From Candidatus Dormiibacterota bacterium (GTDB lineage: Bacteria; Chloroflexota; Dormibacteria; Aeolococcales; Aeolococcaceae): a stretch of DNA of 64,000 bases. The notes under the pieces were generated by a model that searched no databases, had not been told where the DNA came from, and was given only the letters and a program-made list of their open reading frames with translations. Location: contig CAVQLW010000005.1 of assembly GCA_963713485.1 (NCBI GenBank), positions 129,887 through 193,886 of the forward strand, written 5' to 3'. Below, in pieces: positions 1 to 9,519 of the stretch (position 1 is the first letter of the stretch; every line of letters begins with the position of its first letter). The position numbers were made by a program, and so were the translations under genes.

Positions 1-1
1 A

Positions 2-343
2 GGAGGCCATTTCGTCTTCCTGACGCCCAACGCCTGGAATTACAACGCCTGGATGATCCGGGCGATCCCTCACCGCTGGCATGCCGCACTCACCCGCCGG
101 CTGTACGGCCGCGGCGAGGGGGATGCGTACCCGGTTCGGTATCGAGCCAACAGCAGCATGCGCCTCCACCGGCTGCTCAACGCCGCCGGTTTCGAGCGGA
201 CACAGCTCGCGTTCAACGGGGATCCGTCGTACATCGCATTCAACCGGCCGCTGCTCGAGGCCGCCTTCCGCATCGAGCGGGTGCTTGCCACACCACTCCT
301 CAACACCGCACAGGTGCACATCCTCGGCGACGCTCAGGCCTGA
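2..343 (+). CDS. class I SAM-dependent methyltransferase, C-terminal fragment (5' end outside window)
   Basis: Frame of ORF 53..343 stays open to the window edge (GGHFVFLTPNAWNYN...). The GGxxVFxTPN and LLNAAGF segments resemble the C-terminal half of Methyltransf_11/23-type enzymes. Confidence 0.45.
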   Translation, partial: GGHFVFLTPNAWNYNAWMIRAIPHRWHAALTRRLYGRGEGDAYPVRYRANSSMRLHRLLNAAGFERTQLAFNGDPSYIAFNRPLLEAAFRIERVLATPLLNTAQVHILGDAQA

Positions 344-358
344 CGCTACACTCGGGGG

Positions 359-1511
<1,153 letters not shown>

Positions 1512-1522
<11 letters not shown>

Positions 1523-2417
1523 TCACGCGCAGACCGGCGACCCCGGCGAGCCGCCGGCGCATCACCGCGATCGCGTCCGCCTGATCGTCGACCAGCAGGA
1601 AGCGCCGGCCCAGCTCCGACGCGGCCGCACCGGTGGTTCCGCTGCCGGCGCACCAGTCCACGACCAGGTCGCCCGGACGCGACGATGCGGCGACGATCCG
1701 CCGCAGGATGCCAAGGGGTTTCTGCGTGGGATACCCGGTTCGCTCGTGCGAGGATGTCGGCACGATCGTGTGCCACCAGACATCGGTGGGCAGCTTGCCG
1801 CGCGCCGCTCGCTCGGGGGTCTGCAGCCCAGGCGCCATGTAGGGCTCACGTGCGACCTCGGACGCATCGAAGTGATAGGCACGCGGATCGCGCACATACA
1901 CGAGGATGACGTCGTGTTTCGCCGGCCAGCGGCGCGTCGCCCGGGCGCCGAAGTCATACGCCCACACGACCTCGTTGAGGAAGCACGCTCGCCCGAAGAT
2001 CTCGTCCAGCAGGATCTTGCAGTAGTGCGACTCGCGCGGATCGATGTGGAAATACAGGCTGCCGTTCCCGCTGAGAATCCGTCGCGTCTCCACAAGACGC
2101 GGCCGAAGCCATCCCAGGTAGTCGTCGAACCGATCTTCGTAGCGAGCCCCCGTCCGCTGCTCGACGCGATAGGTGCGGCCGGCGAACCCGCGACGCGATG
2201 CGCTCGCATCGGCAGTCGCGCTGACCCGAAGGCCCTCGCGTGCACCGCCCGTGTTGAACGGCGGGTCGACGTAGACGAGGCCGGCGCACCCGTCGGGCAG
2301 TGTGCGGAGCACCTCGAGCGCCTCACCGTGGACGATCGTGGCGTTGCCGGTCGACGCGTCGGGGCGGGATCGCATCGCAGGCTCGTACAGTAGGGCGAAC
2401 CATGGCTGCCCGTGCAT
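1512..2417 (-). CDS. site-specific DNA methyltransferase, beta-class (N6-adenine or N4-cytosine), no adjacent restriction gene
   Basis: VDPPFNTG (motif IV) lies N-terminal to VVDWCAGSGTTGAAA (motif I), with TGYPTQKP between them. This is the beta-class motif order. The 3' end overlaps the convergent acyl-CoA dehydrogenase by 11 nt. Confidence 0.85.
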
Positions 2418-2469
2418 CTCTCACGCCGACCGGCGTGTCGCGCCCAGCGTTCCTCGAGGCCTGAACGGC

Positions 2470-2964
2470 GTGCAGTTCGGTCGCTACTACGAGGAATTCG
2501 ACGTCGGCGCGACGTACAAGCACTGGCCGGGAAAGACCATCACCGAGGCGGACGACCATCTCTTCTGCCTGCTCACGATGAACCACCATCCGCTGCACAC
2601 CGACGCCCACTACGCCGAGACCCAGACCGAGTTCAAGCGCAACGTCGTCGTGGGCAACCTCGTCTACAGCCTCGCGCTCGGGATGAGCGTCGCCGACATC
2701 AGCGGGAAGGCGATCGCGAACCTCGAGGTCGAATCGCTCAAGCACGAGCATCCGACGTTCCACGGCGACACCATCTACGCCGAGACCACCGTGCTCGAGA
2801 AGCGCGAGTCGTCGAGCAAGCCCGACCGCGGGATCGTCACCGTCGAGACGCGCGCCTTCAACCAGCGCGGCGAGCGCGTGTGCATCTTCAAGCGGCGCGT
2901 CATGGTGCCCAAGCGCATCGCCGGCGAGCTGCAACCCGCGGACGTGCCGGCCGGCGAGGGCTGA
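2470..2964 (+). CDS. MaoC-like (R)-specific enoyl-CoA hydratase / dehydratase
   Basis: Hot-dog fold pattern FGRYYEEFDVG...LTMNHHPLHTD...VETRAFNQRGERV. Track start 2302 would overlap the opposite-strand methylase, so GTG 2470 (or CTG 2461) was chosen. The stop lies 1 nt before folP. Confidence 0.75.
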   Translation: MQFGRYYEEFDVGATYKHWPGKTITEADDHLFCLLTMNHHPLHTDAHYAETQTEFKRNVVVGNLVYSLALGMSVADISGKAIANLEVESLKHEHPTFHGDTIYAETTVLEKRESSSKPDRGIVTVETRAFNQRGERVCIFKRRVMVPKRIAGELQPADVPAGEG

Positions 2965-2965
2965 C

Positions 2966-4213
2966 GTGGGCGCGGCGAGCGCGGGGATCGCCGCTCGGTA
3001 CAGCGTGCGACCTCTGCTCCCAGGTCCCGAGGATGCGCTGCGCGACGAGGTGCTCCGCCTCGGTGTGGCTGCGGAGAAGCTCAGCGTGCTGGCTCGAAAA
3101 GGCGCCGTGGAGGCGCTTGCTCTTCGCGGTTTGAGCTTCGATCAGACGCGGGTCATCGAGCGTCTCGTCGCCGAGGGCGGTGGCGAGGCGATCACCAACA
3201 GCGACGGCGACCGAGCGGTCCTGCTGATGCCGCTCATGACCGCGGGCGCGCTGCCCGCCCAGCTCGCCGCGTGGAGCGACCACGCCGGCGAGGTCGGCGT
3301 CGCGATCGGCGCCGCGCTCGCCGCTCGAGGAGCCGCACCGGCACCCCTCGAGCTTGCGGGAGGAGGCCGTCTCGTCTTCGGCGCGCGCACGCTCGTGATG
3401 GGAATCTTGAACGTCACTCCCGACTCCTTCTCCGGGGACGGGGTCGGTGACGACGTGGATGCGGCGGTCGCCCGGGCGCTCGCCCTGGCGGAGGAGGGCG
3501 CGGATGTCATCGACATCGGCGGCGAGAGCACCCGGCCCTCCGCGCAGCGCCAGCCGGTGTCAGCGGAGGTCGAACTGGCTCGCGTCATGCCCGTGATCAC
3601 CGGGCTGGTGGGTCGCCTCCAGGTGCCGATCAGCATCGACACCCGGAAGGCGTCGGTTGCTGCCGCAGCGCTCGACGCCGGCGCCGTGATCGTCAACGAC
3701 GTCTGGGGACTTCGTGGTGACCGCGACATGGCCGGTGTCGTGGCCGCGCACCCCGGCACCGGTGTGGTCGTCATGCACAACCAGCACGGAACCGAGTACG
3801 CGGACCTGCTCGAGGACGTCTGCCTCGGCCTGCGCCAGAGCCTCGCGACTGCCGAGTCGGCCGGCATCGCCCTCGACCGGGTCATCGTCGATCCGGGATT
3901 CGGCTTCGCCAAGACGCCCGCCCACAACCTCGAGCTGATCCGCCGCCTCGGTGAGCTCCTCGGGCTGGGACGCGCACTGCTCGTGGGCCCGTCACGCAAG
4001 TCGACGATCGGGCTCCTGACCGACGGAGCCGATCAGTCCGGGCGGCTCGAGGGCAGCCTCGCCTTCGCGACGCTCGCCGTACGCGGCGGAGCGCACATCG
4101 TGCGGGTGCACGACGTCGCCGAGACGGTGCGTGCGCTGCGCGTCGCGGACGCAGTGGTGCGCGGCACGCCCGAATCGCTGCGGGGTCTGCCGATCCCGGG
4201 CCCGACCGGGTGA
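2966..4213 (+). CDS. folP: dihydropteroate synthase with ~135-aa N-terminal extra domain
   Basis: DHPS motifs GILNVTPDSFSGDG, DIGGESTRP, ISIDT, VNDVWG, DPGFGFAKT, GPSRKS, RVHDV. The N-terminal extension has the same GC3-rich codon pattern as the core. Confidence 0.9.
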   Translation: MGAASAGIAARYSVRPLLPGPEDALRDEVLRLGVAAEKLSVLARKGAVEALALRGLSFDQTRVIERLVAEGGGEAITNSDGDRAVLLMPLMTAGALPAQLAAWSDHAGEVGVAIGAALAARGAAPAPLELAGGGRLVFGARTLVMGILNVTPDSFSGDGVGDDVDAAVARALALAEEGADVIDIGGESTRPSAQRQPVSAEVELARVMPVITGLVGRLQVPISIDTRKASVAAAALDAGAVIVNDVWGLRGDRDMAGVVAAHPGTGVVVMHNQHGTEYADLLEDVCLGLRQSLATAESAGIALDRVIVDPGFGFAKTPAHNLELIRRLGELLGLGRALLVGPSRKSTIGLLTDGADQSGRLEGSLAFATLAVRGGAHIVRVHDVAETVRALRVADAVVRGTPESLRGLPIPGPTG

Positions 4214-4653
4214 CCACCACCGAGGAGATGAGCACCGCCACCGCCTGGGTGGCGCTCGGAAGCAACGTCGGTCATCGCGGTGGCAACCTCGCCCGCCTCC
4301 GGGAGGCGCTCACGCGCGAGGGAGTCGAGATCGCGGCGTCCTCCGGCGAGATCCTCACACGCCCCGTCGGCGTCACCGCCCAGGGCGATTTCCACAACCA
4401 GGTCGTCCGGCTGCGCAGCCACGTCCCGTGGCAGCCGAGGCGCTGGCTCACGCACTGCCAGAACGCCGAACGCGCCTCGGGACGGCGTGAAACGTGGCAC
4501 TGGGGGCCGCGCGCCGCCGACGCGGACATCCTCCTGCTCGGTGACCGTGGCGAAATCCGCGTCGACGAGCCGGGTCTCACGGTCCCACACCCCGAGATCG
4601 GACATCGCCCCTTCCTCGTCGAGCTCCTCCGCGAGGCCGGCTTCGATCGCTAG
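4210..4653 (+). CDS. folK: 2-amino-4-hydroxy-6-hydroxymethyldihydropteridine diphosphokinase (HPPK)
   Basis: AWVALGSNVG N-terminus, WGPRAADADILL, PHPEIGHRPFLVELL. GTGA start/stop overlap with folP. Confidence 0.85.
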   Translation: MTTTEEMSTATAWVALGSNVGHRGGNLARLREALTREGVEIAASSGEILTRPVGVTAQGDFHNQVVRLRSHVPWQPRRWLTHCQNAERASGRRETWHWGPRAADADILLLGDRGEIRVDEPGLTVPHPEIGHRPFLVELLREAGFDR

Positions 4654-5303
4654 ATGGGGAGGCGGTCGGCGAGTTGCGGCACCAGCTTGAGCGCGGTGTC
4701 GATCTGCTGGGCCAGCTGAGCGAGGTCCGGTTGCTTCTCGAAGTCGAGGAACCAGGAGTGCTCTGCGGTGAACTTCTCGACGAGCGTGGTCGTGCCGAGC
4801 ACCGCGATGCCGACGTGGACGCTCGGGCGGTCGTCCTCTGAGAACGCCTTGCCCAGCAACGACTGCACGGTCTCCACCCAGCCCCCGACCTCATCGAGAT
4901 CGTGGAGCTCGTAGCCACCGTCACCGAGGACGAACTCAGCCTCGACGTCCACGAAGGCCTGCGGCGTGATCTGCTGGTGCGGGCAGTCCTGCGCCTCGTC
5001 GTCGTCGTGATAGAGCTCGCAATCCGCACCCGGCCCATATGCCGAGATGAACGTGAGCAGGGCGTCCCAGGTGTAGCTGACGTGCACGTGGTAGCGGGGT
5101 GGTGGGTCGCCCGTGAGGCGGACGGTGCACTCAAATCGGCGCTCGCCGAGCCCGGGCTCCAGATGATGCCGGACGTCCTCGATGCTGAGCCCCGCGCCGT
5201 CGATCGCCTCGAGGAGGTCGGAAGCGAACTCCTCGTACGACGGGAACGTCGGCCGCTCCGCCGTCTGCTCGGGGCCGGGCTGGCCGCCGGGATGCTCTGC
5301 CAC
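4650..5303 (-). CDS. hypothetical acidic protein
   Basis: 217-aa ORF with GC3-rich codon usage and a 2-nt gap to the upstream small membrane gene. No motif I recognise. Confidence 0.55.
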   Translation of the reverse strand: MAEHPGGQPGPEQTAERPTFPSYEEFASDLLEAIDGAGLSIEDVRHHLEPGLGERRFECTVRLTGDPPPRYHVHVSYTWDALLTFISAYGPGADCELYHDDDEAQDCPHQQITPQAFVDVEAEFVLGDGGYELHDLDEVGGWVETVQSLLGKAFSEDDRPSVHVGIAVLGTTTLVEKFTAEHSWFLDFEKQPDLAQLAQQIDTALKLVPQLADRLPI

Positions 5304-5305
5304 GC

Positions 5306-5572
5306 CTAGGTACCGGTGCCGGTGCGGAGGTGGCGAACCGCCAGCCGGACGAGGTTGGCGCCGAGGACGACGACGAAGCAGAGCACGATCGCGATGACCA
5401 GTGGCAGCTCGACGTCAGGCGTCGAATACGTGTACACCGCCAGCACCGCGGCGGCGAATAGTGCAGCCGCGATCACGGAGAGCGCACCGACGGTCAACGC
5501 GGAAACGGGATCGGTCCGTCCCCGCCGGAGGTCGGGCTCGCGCGGGTCGAGCATCGGAGGAGTGCCCACCAT
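5306..5572 (-). CDS. small membrane protein (two predicted TM helices)
   Basis: 88 aa with hydrophobic stretches ALTVGALSVIAAALFAAAVLAV and LPLVIAIVLCFVVVLGANLV. Sits between the response regulator and the acidic hypothetical protein on the same strand. Confidence 0.5.
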   Translation of the reverse strand: MVGTPPMLDPREPDLRRGRTDPVSALTVGALSVIAAALFAAAVLAVYTYSTPDVELPLVIAIVLCFVVVLGANLVRLAVRHLRTGTGT

Positions 5573-5613
5573 GCCGAGTGTACTTTGCGGCCACCCCGCA
5601 TCCGCGATGCAGC

Positions 5614-6327
5614 TCAGCGCGGCAGTCCGGCGAAGCGGTAGCCGATGCCCGGAACGGCGAGGATGTGGCGCGGCTGCCCCGGGTCCGGCTCGATCTTGCG
5701 CCGCAGGTTGCGCACGTGGACGTCGATCACCCGCGTCTCGATCGGGTGCTCATACCCCCACACGGCACTGAGGATGCGTTCGCGGGACAGCACCTTTCCG
5801 GCGTTCGACGCGAGATACGACAGCAGGTCGAACTCGGTGTGGGTGAGGATGATGTCCCGGTCTCCGCGGCTGACCCGGCGCTCGGCCGTGTCGATGACAA
5901 GGTCGCGGAAGACGAGGCGTCCGTCCGCGGGCTTGTCGTCGGCCCGGCGCTCCTTGGCCCTGCGCACGTGGGCTCCGATGCGCGCGAGGAGCTCTCGCGG
6001 TCGGAACGGCTTGGCGATGTAGTCGTCGGCGCCGATCTCCAGCCCGAGCACGACGTCGATCTCGTCGTGCTTGGCGCTCAGGATGATCAGCGGCATCCGG
6101 TGGCCGGCGCGACGGATCTCCCGGCACACGTCGAAGCCGGAAAGGTCGGGGAGCATGACGTCGAGCACGACGACGTCGGGATGAAATGTCTCGAGGCGCG
6201 ACAAGGCCTCGGTGGCACGATCCGCCTCCTGGACGGAGTACCCCTCGCTCTCACATGTGAGGCGCACTGCCCTGCGTACGAGCGCGTCGTCGTCGACCAC
6301 GAGCACCCGCACCTGCTGTCCATCCAC
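5614..6327 (-). CDS. OmpR/PhoB-family response regulator
   Basis: Receiver motifs VLVVDDD, VVVLDVMLPDLSG, ILSAKHD, DDYIAKPF. Winged-helix output LTHTEFDLLSYL...IDVHVRNLRRKIE...VPGIGYRF. Confidence 0.9.
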   Translation of the reverse strand: MDGQQVRVLVVDDDALVRRAVRLTCESEGYSVQEADRATEALSRLETFHPDVVVLDVMLPDLSGFDVCREIRRAGHRMPLIILSAKHDEIDVVLGLEIGADDYIAKPFRPRELLARIGAHVRRAKERRADDKPADGRLVFRDLVIDTAERRVSRGDRDIILTHTEFDLLSYLASNAGKVLSRERILSAVWGYEHPIETRVIDVHVRNLRRKIEPDPGQPRHILAVPGIGYRFAGLPR

Positions 6328-6470
6328 GCCTATTCCTCGAAGTGACCCGCGTCATTCTGGGGTATCGAACCTCGTTCGGAACGGCGAAGGGTTGCTACTA
6401 TACGGGCCGACTGCAATTCGGACCGCCCCCCAGGGGACGGCCTCCATTCACAAACTGGAGACCCGCACCG

Positions 6471-7745
6471 GTGCAGACCCAGGGCACTCTTCGTGATGGC
6501 GGGCTCGCGACGCTGCTCCAATCGATGCAAGCGGAACGGGCAACCGGCACCTTGACCATCGACAACGGTGGCGACAACTGCTCGCTCTATTTCCTGTTCG
6601 GACACCTGTTCCATGCGAGCGGCCCGGGAGGTCAGGGTGAGGAGGTCGTCATCGACGCGCTTGGATGGGAGGACGGCTCCTACCAGTTCGACCCGAGGGC
6701 GAAGCTTCCGGCCGAGGAGACGATCAAGGCCTCCCCGGCGGAGTTGATCGCGGCCGCGGAAAGCAGGCACGCCCCGGCCGCCGCGGCGACCGGCGGTGCG
6801 TCGTCGTGGCCGGAGGCGTCGTCGGCGTATTCAGCCGACAGCTATGCCGGCGCACCGGCCGCCAGCCTGCCCGCGCCGATCGAGGAGCCCGCATACGCGG
6901 TCAGCACCTCCGCGGCTGCCGAGCCTGCTGAGGCCCCCGCCGCTGCTGAGCCGGAACCTGCTCCCGTAGCGGAGCTCGAGCCCGCGCCCGCGGTGACCCC
7001 GGCGCCTGAGCCGGTTTCGTACCAGCCCGCCCCAGCCTCGTACACGCCCCCCGCAGCGCCTGCCGCGGCGCCCGAGCGGCCGGCCGCGACAGGCGGTGGC
7101 GCTGTGTCGGCGGGCCCGATGCCGGTTCGCGTCTACCCCCTGCCGTCGGGACGGGCGCACTACGAGGGACTGAAAAGCGCATTCGTCGACTTCCCACGCC
7201 TGTTGCGCACGCTCCGATCCGACCGCCACACGGGGTATGTGAATCTCAGCGGGAACGGCTACAGCGGGGTCATCCTCCTCAACGACGGCCAGGCGCTCCA
7301 GGCCCTGTGCAGCAACGGCACCGCCGTGCAGGGCGAATCGGCGTTCCTCCAGATCCGCAGGCACATGGATGCAGGTGACGGGGTGATCGACGTCATCGAG
7401 CTCGAGGGCGAGACCGTCACGGCCCTCGCGCAGCTCTTCACCTCGCCGTACCTCTACAGCGGGTTGCTGGGTCGCTTCGTCAACCTCGACGCCCTGCTCG
7501 AGTACCTCGCGGAGGAGCACGTGAGCGGGTCCGTGGTCGTGCAAACGCCGTCGGAGGCGGGGATCATCCTGCTTCGCGATGGCGACATCCTCGGCACCTA
7601 CACCGAATCCCAGCGAGGGCTCGACAAGGCGACCGCTGCCGTGGCGACGCTTGCCACCGATCGTCAATCCAGCATCGAGGTCAAGGGCGGGGACGGCACC
7701 ATCGCTGCCATCGACGTCGACGCCGCGCTCAACCGCGCCTACTAG
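6471..7745 (+). CDS. DUF4388 (PATAN-like) repeat protein with Pro/Ala-rich linker
   Basis: Three DUF4388-like modules: LATLLQSMQAERATGTLTIDNGG..LYFLFGHLFHA..G.EVVIDALGW, FPRLLRTLRSDRHTGYVNLSG..GVILLNDGQALQA, and LDALLEYLAEEHVSGSVVV..GIILLRDGDILG. GTG 6471 is preceded by GGAG; the track start 6342 lies only 14 nt from the start codon of the divergent response-regulator gene, so it is unlikely. Confidence 0.7.
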   Translation: MQTQGTLRDGGLATLLQSMQAERATGTLTIDNGGDNCSLYFLFGHLFHASGPGGQGEEVVIDALGWEDGSYQFDPRAKLPAEETIKASPAELIAAAESRHAPAAAATGGASSWPEASSAYSADSYAGAPAASLPAPIEEPAYAVSTSAAAEPAEAPAAAEPEPAPVAELEPAPAVTPAPEPVSYQPAPASYTPPAAPAAAPERPAATGGGAVSAGPMPVRVYPLPSGRAHYEGLKSAFVDFPRLLRTLRSDRHTGYVNLSGNGYSGVILLNDGQALQALCSNGTAVQGESAFLQIRRHMDAGDGVIDVIELEGETVTALAQLFTSPYLYSGLLGRFVNLDALLEYLAEEHVSGSVVVQTPSEAGIILLRDGDILGTYTESQRGLDKATAAVATLATDRQSSIEVKGGDGTIAAIDVDAALNRAY

Positions 7746-9519
7746 ACCGGCTGCGCGTCGAGGGCGGCTCACCCGGGGTGTCCGGCGGACCTCCCTCTGG
7801 GCAGCGACCGGACTGATCTGCGCGTCACTCTCGGGATGCTTCAGCAGCCCGCCCCAGATCATCCAGCTCACCCCCAATCGCGGGGCGGTCGGGGTCCCGG
7901 CCGACGCGGCGATCACCGTCCAGTTCGACCGAGCGGTCGTGACGGGGTCGGTGGTGGGTCGCTTCACCGTCAACCGTGCGATCCCATCCTGCGACCTGGT
8001 CACGGCGTTCAGCGCCGGCCCGCTCGCACCCTGTCGAATCGTATGGCTCGCCGGCGACACCGGCTTCACGCTGCTGCACCCCCGCGCCATCCTGCGGCCG
8101 AGCACCTCGTACACGTTCACGCTGGCGGGTGGGATTCGCGACCCGAGCGGCGTCGTGAACTCCGTCGACCACCAGTGGACGTTCACCACCGGTCCCGCTC
8201 CCGCGATTCGGAGCGTCACCCCACCCCAGGGCTCGACCGGTGTCCCCGTCGACACGCCGATCTCGGTGAGCTTCTCGACGGGCATGGCCGCACCGGCAAC
8301 CGAGGCCGCCATCGCTCTGAGCCCTCCGGTGCCGGGGACGCGGGTCGTCCGAAACAGGCGCGATCCGAGCCGGTTCGTCGTGCTTCCCGGGCGCACGCTC
8401 GAATCCGGGGTGACGTACCGGATCACGATCGCACCGAGCGCAACGGACGCCCACCAGCAACGTCTGCTCACCGGGGCCTCGACGACCTTCACCACCGGCA
8501 GCCTGTCTGCAGGACCGCACGCGGTGATCCTCGCCCGCGCTCCCGGAGAGGGTGCGAGCACGGTGCTGATATCGCCACTCGCTCCGGCCGAACCCGGTGA
8601 GCCGGTCTCCAACGAGGCGGTGCTCGTCGCCCCCCGGTGCGCGGCCGAGACGGGCTGCGGCGCCGCCGTCCAGGACGCCCCGCTCTACACGTACGGCGCC
8701 GCGGTGCTGTCCCCGGGCGGCCACTGGCTGGCCGTCGTCGAAAACGACGCCACGCTGACCGCCCCTCAACCCGCGCTCGTCGTGCTCAACCCCGCCACGG
8801 GATCGGTCATCGCCACGTTCACCGACTCGGCCATGCCGTCGTGGTCACCGGACGGCGCGACCCTCGCATTCCTCAGGGGTTCGGCCGTGTCGTTCTTCGA
8901 TCCGGGGATCGGCACGGTGACGTCGCTCCCGCCGGGCGATCCGCTCGTGGCGCCCGCGGTGTGGAGCCCGCTCGGCGAGCAGCTCGTGCTCGACGTCGCC
9001 GGTCCCTCGGACCTCGAGCATCTCGAGCTTGCCAACTCCGTCGTGCGGGCGCGGTACCCGGTTCCGGGCCTGACCGGGCGGTCGAGCGACCCCGCCGTCT
9101 CGCCGGACGGAACCCAGCTCGCGCTCCTCCGATCGAACCCCGACGCGCAGGGCACGTGGCTGGCCGGCATCGGCCCGGCACCGGCCGCACCCCGTCAGAT
9201 CGACCCCTCGCTCCAGCCGCTCGGCTTCACGGCAGCGGGCACACTCGTCGGGATCGTCACCTCCGCTGCAGGCACGCCGTCCCTCGTCCTCGTCAGTGTT
9301 TCCGGCGATGAGCAGATCCCGCTCCAGTCCGGGCCCGCGCCCGGCTCGCTCGACACCGTCGTGGTCGCGCCCTCGGGGCGCCAGCTCGTCTACCTCTCCC
9401 CCGACGCCGCCGGGATCGTCCAGGCGTACGTGGAGAACGCCGACGGGACCAACGCGCTGGCGATCACCGGCTTCGCCCCTCGAACGTTCGAGGCCGCGAC
9501 GATCACCGTGAGCGGATGA
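7579..9519 (+). CDS. putative lipoprotein with SbsA/Big_5-type Ig-like domains and TolB/PD40-like beta-propeller repeats (start uncertain)
   Basis: Lipobox LSGC (Cys codon 7837). Repeated Ig-like modules: LTPNRGAVGVPADAAITVQFDRAV, VTPPQGSTGVPVDTPISVSFS. PD40-like repeats: PSWSPDGATLAF, AVSPDGTQLALL, VAPSGRQLVYLS. No canonical start lies after the upstream stop (see findings). Confidence 0.7.
   Translation: MATSSAPTPNPSEGSTRRPLPWRRLPPIVNPASRSRAGTAPSLPSTSTPRSTAPTRPAARRGRLTRGVRRTSLWAATGLICASLSGCFSSPPQIIQLTPNRGAVGVPADAAITVQFDRAVVTGSVVGRFTVNRAIPSCDLVTAFSAGPLAPCRIVWLAGDTGFTLLHPRAILRPSTSYTFTLAGGIRDPSGVVNSVDHQWTFTTGPAPAIRSVTPPQGSTGVPVDTPISVSFSTGMAAPATEAAIALSPPVPGTRVVRNRRDPSRFVVLPGRTLESGVTYRITIAPSATDAHQQRLLTGASTTFTTGSLSAGPHAVILARAPGEGASTVLISPLAPAEPGEPVSNEAVLVAPRCAAETGCGAAVQDAPLYTYGAAVLSPGGHWLAVVENDATLTAPQPALVVLNPATGSVIATFTDSAMPSWSPDGATLAFLRGSAVSFFDPGIGTVTSLPPGDPLVAPAVWSPLGEQLVLDVAGPSDLEHLELANSVVRARYPVPGLTGRSSDPAVSPDGTQLALLRSNPDAQGTWLAGIGPAPAAPRQIDPSLQPLGFTAAGTLVGIVTSAAGTPSLVLVSVSGDEQIPLQSGPAPGSLDTVVVAPSGRQLVYLSPDAAGIVQAYVENADGTNALAITGFAPRTFEAATITVSG

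Noticed and set aside
6880-7100. Repetitive GC-rich DNA (gccgc/gagcc motifs) that looked like a tandem repeat.
   Set aside because: It is in frame and encodes the Pro/Ala/Glu-rich linker of the DUF4388 protein. There is no regular repeat-spacer structure, so it is not a CRISPR array or satellite.
6831-8612. 593-aa ORF on the - strand, one of the longest in the track.
   Set aside because: It is antisense to the DUF4388 and Ig/TolB genes, Arg/Gly/Pro-rich, and has no recognisable motifs. This is a typical shadow ORF of GC-rich coding DNA.
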